DNA of 64,000 nucleotides from contig JASTWF010000361.1 of assembly GCA_030390025.1 (NCBI GenBank), positions 186,001-250,000 of the forward strand, in the 5' to 3' direction. This DNA is from Squalus acanthias. Taxonomy: Eukaryota. The notes beneath the pieces are model-generated. The model ran no database searches. It worked only from the letters and a program-made list of their open reading frames with translations, and was not told where the DNA came from. The position numbers and the translations under genes were made by a program. Below are positions 22,431 through 34,400 of the stretch, in pieces. Every line of letters starts with the position of its first letter. Within the stretch, counting starts at the first letter, position 1.

Positions 22431-25400
22431 ACTGTTGGACTATAACCTGGTGTTGTGCGACCTCTCAATTCTGGACTAGTAATGCAGAGGCCTGGGCTAG
22501 TAGTCCAGAGGCCTGGGCTAGTAGTCCAGAGCCTGGGCTAGTAATCCAGAGGCCTGGACTAGTATACAGCGGCCTGGGCTAGTAATCCAATGGCCTGGGA
22601 ACGTAATCCAGAGGCTGGACTAGTAATCCAGAGGCCTGGTTTAGTAATCCAGAGGCATGGCCTAGTAATCCAGAGGCCTGGCCTAGCAATCCAGAGGACT
22701 GGACGAGTATTCCAGAGGCCAGTGCTAGTAGTACAATGGCATGGACTAGTAATCCAGAGGCCTGGGCTAGCAATCCAGAAGACAGGGCTAGTAATTCAGT
22801 GGCCTGCACTAGTAATCCAGAGGTCTGGGCTAGTAATCCAGAGGCCTGGGCTAGTAAGACAATGGCCTGGTCTAGTAATCCACAGCCGGGACTAGTAATC
22901 CAGAGGCCTGGTTTAGCAATCCAGAGGCCAGTATTAGTAATCTAGTGGCCTGGGATTGTAATCCAGAGGCCTGGGCTAGTAAACCAAAGGCCTGGACTAG
23001 CAATCCAGAGCCTGGACTAGTAATCCAGAGGCTGGGCTAGTAATACAGAGGCTGGGCTAGTAATCCAGAGGCTGGACTAGTAATCCAGAGGCTGGGCTAG
23101 TAATACAGAGGCTGGGCTAGTAATCCTGAGGCCTGGGCTAGTAATCCAGAGGCTGGGCTAGTAATACAGAGGCTGGGCTAGTAATCCAGAGGCTGGGCTA
23201 GTAATCCAGAGGCTGGGCTAGTAATCCAGAGGCTGGGCTAATAATACAGAGGCTGGGCTAGTAATCCAGAGGCCTGGGCTAGTAAACCAGAGGCCTGGAC
23301 AGTAATCCAGAGGCTGGGCTAGTAATCCAGAGGCTGGACTAGTAATCCAGAGGCCTGGGCAAGTAATCCTGCGGGCTGGACTAGTAATCCAGAGGCTGGA
23401 CTAGTAATCCATAGGCTGGAGTAGTAATCCAGAGGCTTGTCTAGTAATCCAGAGGTCTGGACTAGTAATCCAGAGGCCTGGGCTTGTAATCCAGAGGCCT
23501 TGGCTAGTAAACCAGAGGCCTTGGACTAGCAATCCAAGCCTGGACTAGTAATCCAGCAGCTTGGACTAGTAATCCAGAGGCTGGGCTAGTAATCCAGAGG
23601 CCTGGGCTTGTAATCCAGAGGCCTTGGCTAGTAAACCAGAGGCCTTGGACTAGCAATCCATAGCCTGGACTAGTAATCCAGCAGCTTGGAATAGTAATCC
23701 AGAGGCTGGGCTAATAATCCAGAGGCATGGCCTAGTAATCCAGAGGCCTGGCCTAGTAATCCAGAGGACTGGACGAGTATTCCAACGGCCTGGACTAGTA
23801 ATCCAGAGGCTTGGCTAGAAACCCAGAGTTATGTGCTAGTAATCCAGCGGCCTGGGCTAGTAATCCTGCGGCTGCGCTAGTGATACAGAGGCTGGACTAT
23901 TAATCCAGGAGCCTGGGCGAGTAATCCAGATGCTGGACTGGTAATCCAGAGGCCTGGGCTAGTAATTCAGAGGCCTGGACTAGTAATCGAGAGGCTGGAC
24001 TAGTAATCCAGAGGCCTGGGCTGGTAATCCAGAGGCCTGGGCTAGTAATCCAGATGCTGGACTCGTAATCCAGAGGTCGCGATTAGTAATCCAGAGTTCT
24101 GGGCTAGTAATCCAGAGGCCTGGGCTAGTAATCCAGAAGACAGGGCTAGTAATTCAGAGGCCTGGACTAGTAATCCAGAGGTCTGGGCTAGTAATCCAGA
24201 GGCCTGGGCTAATAATCCAATGGCCTGGGCTGGTAATCCAGAGGCCTGGGCTAGTAATCCAGAGTCCTCGGCTAGTAATCCAGAGGCCTGGACTAGTAAT
24301 CCAGAGGCTGGGCTAGTAATCCAGAGGCCTGGACTAGTAATCCAGAGGCTGGGCTAATAATCCAGAGACTGAGCTAGTAATCCAGAGATTGGGGCTAGTA
24401 ATCCTGAGGCTGGGTTTATAATCCAAAGGCTGGGTTAGTAATCCCGTGTCCTGGGCTAGTAATCCAGAGGCGTGGGCTAGCAATCCAGAGGCTGGACTAG
24501 TAATTCAGAGGCCTGGTTTAGTAATCCAGAGGCCAGTATTCGTAATCCAGAGTTCTGGGCTAGTAATCCAGAGGCCTAGGCTAGTAATCCATAGGCCTGG
24601 ACGAGTATTCCAATGGCCTGGACTAGTAATCCAGAGGCTTGGCTAGAAAACCAGAGTCCTGGGCTAGTAATCCAGCGGCCTGGGCTAGTAATCCTGCGGC
24701 TGCGCTAGTAATACAGAGGCTGGGCTATTAATCCAGGGGCCTGGGCTAGTAACCCAGAGGCTGGACTGGTAATCCAGAGGCCTGGCCTAGTAATCCAGAG
24801 TCCTGGACTAGTAATCCAGTGGCCTGGGCAAGTAATCCAATGGCCTGGACTAGTAATCCATAGACTGGACTAGTAATCCAGTGGCTGGGCTAGTAATCCA
24901 GAGGCCTTGGCTAGTAATCCAGAGGCCTGGGCTAGTAATCCAGAGGCCTTGGCTAGTAATCCAGAGGCCTGGGCTAGTAATCCAGAGGCTGGGCTAGTAA
25001 TCCATTGCCTGGACTAGTAATGCAGAGGCCTGGGCTAGTAATCCAGAGGCCTGTGCTAGTAGTACAATGGCATGGACTAGTAATCCAGAGGCCTGGGCTA
25101 GTAATCCAGAAGACAGGGCTAGTAATTCAGTGGACTGGACTAGTAATCCAGAGGTCTGGGCTAGTAATGCAGAGGCCTGGGCTAGTAAGACAATGGCCTG
25201 GGCGAGTAATCCAGAGGCCTGGGCTAGTAATCCAGAGTCCTCGGCTAGTAATCCAGAGGCCTGGACTAGTAATCCAGAGGCTGGGCTAGTAATCCAAAGG
25301 CCTGGACTAGTAATCCAGAGGCTGGGCTCATAATCCAGAGACTGAGCTAGTAATCCAGAGATCGGGGCTAGTAATCCTGAACTGGGTGGATAATCCAAAG

Positions 25401-28400
25401 GCTGGGTTAGTAATCCTGCGTCCTGGGCTAGTAATCCAGAGGCCTGGGCTAGTAATCCAGAGGCTGGACTAGTAATCCAGAGGCCTGGTTTAGTAATCCA
25501 GAGGCCAGTATTAGTAATGCAGAGGCCTGGGCTTGTAATCCAGAGGCCTGGGCTAGTAAACCAGAGGCCTGGACTAGCAATCCAGAGCCTGGACTAGTAA
25601 TCCAGCGGCTTGGACTAGTAATCCAGAGGCTGGGCTAATAATCCAGAGGCATGGCCTAGTAATCCAGAGGCCTGGCCTAGTATTCCAACGGCCTGGACTA
25701 GTAATCCAGAGGCTTGGCTAGAAAACCAGAGTTCTGGGCTAGTAATCCAGCGGCCTGGGCTAGTAATCCTGCGGCTGCGCTAGTAATACACAGGCTGGAC
25801 TATTAATCCAGGAGCCTGGGCGAGTAATCCAGATGCTGGAATGGTAATCAAGAGGCCTGGCCTAGTAATCCAGAGGCCTGGACTAGTAATCCAGTGGCCT
25901 CGGATAGTAATCCAATGGCCTGGACTAGTAATCCAGAGACTGGATTAGTAATCCATTGGCTGGGCTAGTAATCCGGAGGCCTTAGCTAGTAATCCAGAGG
26001 CCTGGGCTAGTAATCCAGAGGCCTTGACTAGTAATCCAGAGGCCTGGGCTAGTAATCCAGAGGCTGGGCTAGTAATCCATGGCCTGGACTAGTAATGCAG
26101 AGGCCTGGGCTAGTACCCCAGAGGCCTGGGCTAGTAGTCCAGAGCCTGGGCTAGTAATCCAGAGGCCTGGACTAGTATACAGCAGCCTGGGCTAGTAATC
26201 CAGAGGTTGCGTCTATTAATCCAGAAGCCTCGGCTAGTAATCCAGAGGCTGGGCTAGTAATCCAGAGGCTGGGCTAGTAATCTAGAGGCCTGCACTAGTA
26301 ATCCACAGGCCTGGGCTAGTAAACAAGAATATTGTTCTATTAATTCAGAATCCTGGGCTAGCAAAACAGAGACTGCACTAGTAATCCAGTGGCTGGGCTA
26401 GTAATCCAGAGGCCTTGGCTAGTAATCCAGAGGCCTGGGCTAGTAATCCAGAGGCCTTGGCTAGTAATCCAGAGGCCTGGGCTAGTAATCCAGAGGCTGG
26501 GCTAGTAATCCATGGCCTGGACTAGTAATGCAGAGGCCTGGGCTAGTAGTCCAGAGGCCTGGGCTAGTAGTCCAGAGCCTGGGCTAGTAATCCAGAGGCC
26601 TGGACTAGTATACAGCGGCCTGGGCTAGTAATCCAGAGGCCTGGGAAAGTAATCCAGAGGCTGGACTAGTAATCCAGAGGCCTGGTTTAGCAATCCAGAG
26701 CCTGGACTAGTAATCCAGCGGCTTGGACTTGTAATCCAGAGGCCTGGGCTAGTAAACCAGAGGCATAGCCTAGTAATCCAGAGGCGTGCCTAGAAATCCA
26801 GAGGCCTGGACGAGTATTCGAACGGCCTGGACTAGTAATCCAGAGGCTTGGCTAGAAAAGCAGAGTCCTGGGCTAGTAATCCAGCGGCCTGGGATAGTAA
26901 TCCTGCGGCTGCGCTAGTAATGCAGAGGCTGGACTATTAATTGAGGAGCCTGGGCGAGTAATCCAGATGCTGGACTGTTAATCCAGAGGCCTGGGCTAGT
27001 AATTCAGAGGCCTGGACTAGTAATCGAGAGGCTGGACTAGTAATCCAGAGGCCTGGGCTGGTAATCCAGAGGCCTGGGCTAGTAATCCAGATGCTGGACT
27101 CGTAATCCAGAGGTCGCGATTAGTAATCCAGAGTTCTGGGCTAGTAATCCAGAGGCCTGGGCTAGTAATCCAGAAGACAGGGCTAGTAATTCAGAGGCCT
27201 GGACTAGTAATCCAGAGGTCTGGGCTAGTAATCCAGAGGCCTGGGCTAATAATCCAATGGCCTGGGCTGGTAATCCAGAGGCCTGGTCTAGTAATCCAGA
27301 GTCCTCGGCTAGTAATCCAGAGGCCTGGACTAGTAATCCAGAGGCTGGGCTAGTAATCCAGAGGCCTGGACTAGTAATCCAGAGGCTGGGCTAATAATCC
27401 AGAGACTGAGCTAGTAATCCAGAGATTGGGGCTAGTAATCCTGAGGCTGGGTTTATAATCCAAAGGCTGGGTTAGTAATCCCGTGTCCTGGGCTAGTAAT
27501 CCAGGGGCCTGGGCTAGTAATCCAGAGGCTGGACTGGTAATCCAGAGGCCTGGCCTAGTAATCCAGAGTCCTGGACTAGTAATCCAGTGGCCTGGGCAAG
27601 TAATCCAATGGCCTGGACTAGTAATCCATAGACTGGACTAGTAATTCAGTGGCTGGGCTAGTAATCCAGAGGCCTTGGCTAGTAATCCAGAGGCCTGGGC
27701 TAGTAATCCAGAGGCCTTGGCTAGTAATCCAGAGGCCTGGGCTAGTAATCCAGAAGACAGGGCTAGTAATTCAGTGGACTGGACTAGTAATCCAGAGGTC
27801 TGGGCTAGTAATCCCTGGACAAGTAATCCAGAGGTTGGGCTTGTAATCCAGAGGTTGGGCTACTAATCCAGAGGCCTGGGATGGTAATCCAGAGGCTGGG
27901 CTAGTATTCCAGAGGCCTGGGCTGGTAATCCAGAGGCTGGACTAGTAACCAGAGGCCTGGGCTAGTAAACTGGAGGCTGGACTAGTTATCCACCGGCTGG
28001 GCTAGTAATGTAGTGGCTCGGCTAGTAATCTAGAGGCCTAGACTAGTAATCCAGAGGCTGGGCTTGTAATCCAGTGGCCTGGCTAGTAATCCAGAGGCCT
28101 GGACTTGTAATCCAGAGGCTGGGCTAGTAATCCAGAGGTTTTACTAGTAATCCAGAGGCCTGGGATAGTAATCCAGAACTCATGGCTCGTATTTCAGAGG
28201 CCTGGGCTAGTAATCCAGAGGTCTGGGCTAGTAATCCAGAGGCCTGCTATAGTAATCCAAGGCTGGGCTAGTAATCCAGAGTACTGGGCTAGTAATCCAG
28301 AGGCCTGGGCTAGTAATCCAGAGGCATGGGCTAGTAATCCAGAGGCTGGGCTAGCAATCCAGAAACCTGTGCTAGTAATCCAGAGACCTTGGCGAATAAT

Positions 28401-31400
28401 CCAGAGAGCAGGAGTTGTAATCCAGAGGCCGAGGCTAGTAATCCAGTGGCTCGACCAGTAATCCAGAGGTCTGGGCCAGTAATCCACAGGCTGGGCTAGT
28501 AATCCAGAGGTCTGGGCTTGTAATTCAGAGGTCTGGACTAGTAATCCAGAGGCCTGGGCTAGTAATCCAGAGGCTGGATTTGTAATCCAGAGGCCGGGCC
28601 TAGTAATCCAGAGGCCTGGACTAGTAATCCAATGGCCTGGACTAGTAATCCAGTGGCTGGGCTAGTAATCCAGAGGACTTGGCTGGTAATCCAGAGGCCT
28701 GGGCTAGTAAACAAAGGCCTCGGCTAGTAATCCAGAGGCCTGGGCTAGTAATCCAGAGGCTGGGCTAGTAATCCATGGCCTGGACTAGTAATGCAGAGGC
28801 CTGGGCTAGTAGTGCAGAGGCCTGGGCTAGTAGTCCAGAGGCCTGGGCTAGTAATCCAGAGGCCTGGCCTCGTAATCCAGCGGCCTGTGCTAGTAATCCA
28901 GAGGTCGCGTCTAGTAATCCAGAAGCCTCGTCAAGTAATCCAGAGGCTGGGCTAGTAATCCAGAGGCTGGGCTAGTAATCCAGAGGGCTGGGCTAGTAAT
29001 CCAGAGGCCTGGACTAGTAATCCACTGGCCTGGGCTAGTAAACAAGAATTTTGTTCTATTAATTCAGAATCCTGGGCTAGTAATCCAGAGGCTGGACTGG
29101 TAATCCAGAGGCCGGGCCTAGTAATCCAGAGGCCTGGACTAGTAATCCAGTGGCCTGGGCTAGTAATCCAATGGCCTGGACTAGTAATCCAGAGACTGGA
29201 CTAGCAATCCAGTGGCTGGGCTAGTAATCCAGAGGCCTTGGCTAGTAATCCAGAGGCCTGGGCTAGTAACCAAAGGCCTTGGCTAGTAATCCAGTGGCCT
29301 GGGCTAGTAATCCATGGCCTGGACTAGTAATGCAGAGGCCTGGGCTAGTAGTCCAGAGGCCTGGGCTAGTAGTCCAGAGGCCTGGGCTAGTAATCCAGTG
29401 GCCTGGACTAGTAATCCAGCGGCCTGTGCTAGTAATCCAGAGGCCGAGTCTGGTAATCCATAAGCCTCGGCAAGTAATCCAGAGGCTGGGCTAGTAATCC
29501 AGAGGCTGGGCTAGTAATCCAGATGGCTGGGCTAGTAATCCAGAGGCCTGGACTAGTAATCCAATGGCCTGGGCTAGTAAACAAGAATATTGTTCTATTA
29601 ATTCAGAATCCTGGGCTACTAAAACAGAGGCTGGGCTAGAAATCCAGAGGCCTGGGCTAGTAATCCAGAAGTCTGGGCTAATAATCCAGAGGCCTGGGCT
29701 AGTAATCCAGAGGTCTGGGCTGGTTATCCAGAGGTCTGGGGTAGTAATCCAGAGGCTGGGCTAGTAATCCAGAGTCCTGGGCTAGTAATCCAGAGGCCTG
29801 GGATAGTAATCCAGAGGACTGGGCTAGTAATCCAGAGGTCAGGGCTAGTAATCCAGAAGTCTGAGCTAGTAATCCAGAGGCTGAGCTAGTAATCCAGAGG
29901 CTGGACTAGTAATCCAGTGGTCTGGGCTAGTAATCCAGAGGCCTGGGCTAGTAATCCAGAGGCCTGGACTAGTAATCCAGAGGCTGGGAAGTAATCCAGA
30001 GGCTGGGTTAGTAATCCCGCATCCTGGGCTAGTAATCCAGATGGCTGGGCTAGTAATCCAGAGGCCTGGACTAGTAATCCAATGGCCTGGGCTAGTAAAC
30101 AAGAATATTGTTCTATTAATTCAGAATCCTGGGCTAGTAAAACAGAGGCTGGGCTAGAAATCCAGAGGCCTGGGCTTTTAATCCAGAAGTCTGGGCTAAT
30201 AATCCGGAGGCCTGGGCTAGTAATCCAGAGGTCTGGGCTGGTTATCCAGAGGTCTGGGGTAGTAATCCAGAGGCTTGGCTAGTAATCCAGAGTCCTGGGC
30301 TAGTAATCCAGAGGCCTGGGATAGTAATCCAGAGGACTGGGCTAGTAATCCAGAGGTCAGGGCTAGTATTCCAGAAGTCTGGGCTAGTAATCCAGAGGCT
30401 GAGCTAGTAATCCAGAGGCTGGACTAGTAATCCAGTGGTCTGGGCTAGTAATCCAGAGGCCTGGGCTAGTAATCCAGAGGCCTGGACTAGTAATCCAGAG
30501 GCTGGGAAGTAATCCAGAGGCTGGGTTAGTAATCCCGCATCCTGGGCTAGTAATCCAGAGGCCTTGGCTAGTAATCCAGAGGCTGGACTAGTAATCCAGA
30601 GGCCTGGTTTAGTAATCCAGAGGCCTGGAATAGTAATCCAGAGTCCAGTTTTAGTAATCCAGAGGCCTGGGCTTGTAATCCAGAGGCATGGGCTAGTAAT
30701 CCAAAGGTTGGACTAGCAATCCAGAGCCTGGACTAGTAATCCAGAGGCTTGGACTAGTTCACCAGAGGCTTGGGCTAGTAATCCAGAGGCTGGGCTAGTA
30801 ATCCAGAGGCCTGGACTAGTAATCCAATGGCCTGGACTCGTAGTCCAGAGCCTGGGCTAGTAATCCAGCGGCCTGGGCTAGTAATCCAGAGGCTGGGCTA
30901 GTAATCCAGAGGCCTGGACTATTAATCCAGGTGCCTGGGCTAATAATCCAGAGCCTGGACTAGTAATCCAGAGGCTGGGCTAGTAATGCAGAGGCGGGGC
31001 TAGTAATCTAGAGGCCTAGACTAGTAATCCAGAGGCTGGGCTAGTAATCCAGAGGCCTGGCTAGTAATCCAGAGGCTTGGACTAGTAATCCAGAGGCTGG
31101 GCTTGTAATCCAGAGGTTGGGCTAGTTATCAAGAGGCCTGGGCTGGTAATCCAGAGGCTGGGCTAGTAATCCAGAGGTTGGACTAGTAATCCAGAGGCCT
31201 GGGCTAGTAATCCAGAACTCACGGCTAGTATTCCAGAGGCCTGGGCTAGTAATCCAGAGGCCTGGGCTAGTAATCCAGAGGCTGGGCTAGTAATACAGAG
31301 GCTGGGCTAGTAATCCAGAGGCTGGGCTGGTAATCCAGAGGCCTGGGCTAGTAATCCAGAGACCTGGGCGTGTAATCCAGAGACCTGGAGTAGTAATCCA

Positions 31401-34400
31401 GAGGCCGCGGCTAGTAATCCAGAGGCTGGATCAGTAATCCAGAGGCCTTGGCTAGTAATCCAGATGCCTGGGCTAGTAATCCAGAGGCCTGGGCTAGTAA
31501 ACCTGGGGCTGGGTTGAAAATGCAAAGTCTGGGCTAGTAATCCAGAGGCCTGGACTAGTAATTCAGATGATGGGAAGCAATCCAGAGGCTGGGTTAGTAA
31601 TCCCACGTCCTGGGCTAGTAATCCAGAGGCCTTAGGTAGTAATCCAGAGGTGGACTAGTAATCCAGAGGCCTGGTTTAGTAATCCAGTGGCCTGGACTAG
31701 TAATCCAGAGGCCAGTATTCGTAATCCAGAGGTCTGGGCTTGTAATCTAGAGGCCTGGGCTAGTAATCCAGAGGCTGGATTAGCAATCCAGAGCTTGGAC
31801 TAGTAATCCAGAGGCTTGGACTAGTTCACCAGAGGCCTGGGCTAGTAATCCAGAGGCTGGGCTAGTAATCCAGAGGCCTGGCCTAGTAATCCAGAGGCCT
31901 GGACGAGTAATCCAGAGGCCTGGCCTTGTAATCCAGAGGCCTGGACTAGTAATCCAATGGCCTGGACTCGTAATCCAGAGCCTGGGCTAGTAATCCAGAG
32001 TCCTGGGCTAGTAATCCAGAGGCTGGGCTAGTAATCCAGAGGTCTGGACTATTAATCCAGGGACATGGGCTAGTAATCCAGAGGCTGGACTATTAATCCA
32101 GAGGCTGGGCTAGTAAAGCATGTGCTGGGCTAGTAACCATAGGCCTGTGTTAGTAAACTGGAGGCTGGACTAGTTATCCAGAGGCTGGGCTAGTAATCCA
32201 GAGGCCGGGCCTAGTAATCCAGAGGCCTGGACTAGTAATACAGTGGCCTGGGCTAGTAATCCAGTGGCCTGGACTAGTAATCCAGAGACTGAACTAGCAA
32301 TCCAGTGGCTGGGCTAGTAATCCAGAGGCCTTGGCTAGTAATCCAGAGGCCTGGGCTAGTAACCAAAGGCCTTGGCTAGTAATCCAGTGGCCTGGGCTAG
32401 TAATCCAGAGGCTGGGCTAGTAATCCATGGCCGGGACTAGTAATGCAGAGGCCTGGGCTAGTAGTCCAGAGGCCTGGGCTAGTAGTCCAGAGGCCTGGGC
32501 TAGTAATCCAGAGGCCTGGACTAGTAATCCAGCGGCCTGTGCTAGTAATCCAGAGGTCGAGTCTAGTAATCCAGAAGCCTCGGCAAGTAATCCAGAGTCT
32601 GGGCTAGTAATCCAGAGGCAGGGCTAGTAATCCAGAGGGCTGGGCTAGTAATCCAGAAGCCTGGACTAGTAATCCAATGGCCTGGGCTAGTAAACAAGAA
32701 TATTGTTCTATTAATTCAGAATCCTGGGCTAGTAAAACAGAGGCTGAGCTAGAAATCCAGAGGCCTGGGCTAGTAATCCAGAAGTCTGGGCTAATAATCC
32801 AGAGGCCTGGGATAGTAATCCAGAGGACTGGGCTAGTAATCCAGAGGTCTGGGATGGTTATCCAGAGGTCTGGGGTAGTAATCCAGAGGCTGGGCTAGTA
32901 ATCCAGAGTCCTGGGCTAGTAATCCAGAGGCCTGGGATAGTAATCCAGAGGACTGGGCTAGTAATCCAGAGGTCAGGGCTAGTAATCCAGAAGTCTGGGC
33001 TAGTAATCCAGAGGCTGAGCTAGTAATCCAGAGGCTGGACTAGTAATCCAGTGGTCTGGGCTAGTAATCCAGAGGCCTGGGCTAGTAATCCAGAGGCCTG
33101 GACTAGTAATCCAGAGGCTGGGAAGTAATCCAGAGACTGGGTTAGTAATCCCTCATCCTGGGCTAGTAATCCAGAGGCCTTGGCTAGTAATCCAGAGGCT
33201 GGACTAGTAATCCAGAGCCCTGGTTTAGTAATCCAGAGGCCTGGAATAGTAATCCAGAGTCCAGTTTTAGTAATCCAGAGGCCTGGGCTAGTAATCCAGA
33301 GGCTGGGCTAGTAATCCAGAGGCCTGGACTAGTAATCCAATGGCCTGGACTCGTAATCCAGAGCCTGGGCTAGTAATCCAGAGTCCTGGGCTAGTAATCC
33401 AGCGGCCTGGGCTAGTAATCCAGAGGCTGGGCTAGTAATCCAGAGGCCTGGACTATTAATCCAGGTGCCTGGGCTAATAATCCAGAGGCTGGACTAGTAA
33501 TCCAGAGGCTGGGCTAGTAATGCAGAGGCGGGGCTAGTAATCTAGAGGCCTAGACTAGTAATCCAGAGGCTGGGCTAGTAATCCAGTGGCCTGGCTAGTA
33601 ATCCAGAGGCTTGGACTAGTAATCGAGAGGCTGGGCTTGTAATCCAGAGGTTGGGCTAGTAATCCAGAGGCCTGGGCTGGTGATCCAGAGGCTGGGCTAG
33701 TAATCCAGAGGCCTGGGCTGGTAATCCAGAAGCTGGGCTAGTAATCCAGAGGTTGGGCTAGTAATCCAGGGGCCTGGGCTAGTAATCCAGAACTCACGAC
33801 TAGTATTCCAGAGGCCTGGGCTTGTAATCCAGAGGCCTGGGCTAGTAATCCAGTGGTCTGAGCTAGTAATCCAGAGGCCTGGGCTAGTAATCCAGAGGCT
33901 GGGCTAGTAATACAGAGGCTGGGCTAGTAATCCAGAGGCTGGGCTAGTAATCCAGAGGCCTGGGCTAGTAATCCAGAGACCTGGGCGAGTATTCCAGAGA
34001 GCTGGAGTAGTAATCCAGAGGCCGCGGCTAGTAATCCAGAGGCTGGATCAGTAATCCAGAGGCCTTGGCTAGTAATCCAGATGCCTGGGCTAGTAATCCA
34101 GAGGCCTGGGCTAGTTATCCTGAGGCTGGGTTGAAAATGCAAAGTCTGGGCTAGTAATCCAGAGGCCTGGACTAGTAATTCAGATGATGGGAAGCAATCC
34201 AGAGGCAGGGTTAGTAATCCCACGTCCTGGGCTAGTAATCCAGATGCCTTAGGTAGTAATCCAGAGGTGGACTAGTAATCCAGAGGCCTGGTTTAGTAAT
34301 CCAGTGGCCTGGACTAGTAATCCAGAGGCCAGTATTAGTAATCCAGAGGCCTGGGCTTGTAATCTAGAGGCCTGGGCTAGTAATCCAGAGGCTGGATTAG

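Larger units (their letters stand above)
20845..22470 (+). mobile_element. 5'-truncated Penelope-like retroelement (probably Neptune-type), 1626 bp, flanked by a 9-bp TSD
   Basis: RT plus GIY-YIG ORF, 3' non-coding region with a hammerhead motif and AATAAA. CTGGACTAG at 20836-20844 and 22471-22479. An empty paralogous site is visible at 19131-19170. Confidence 0.93.
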
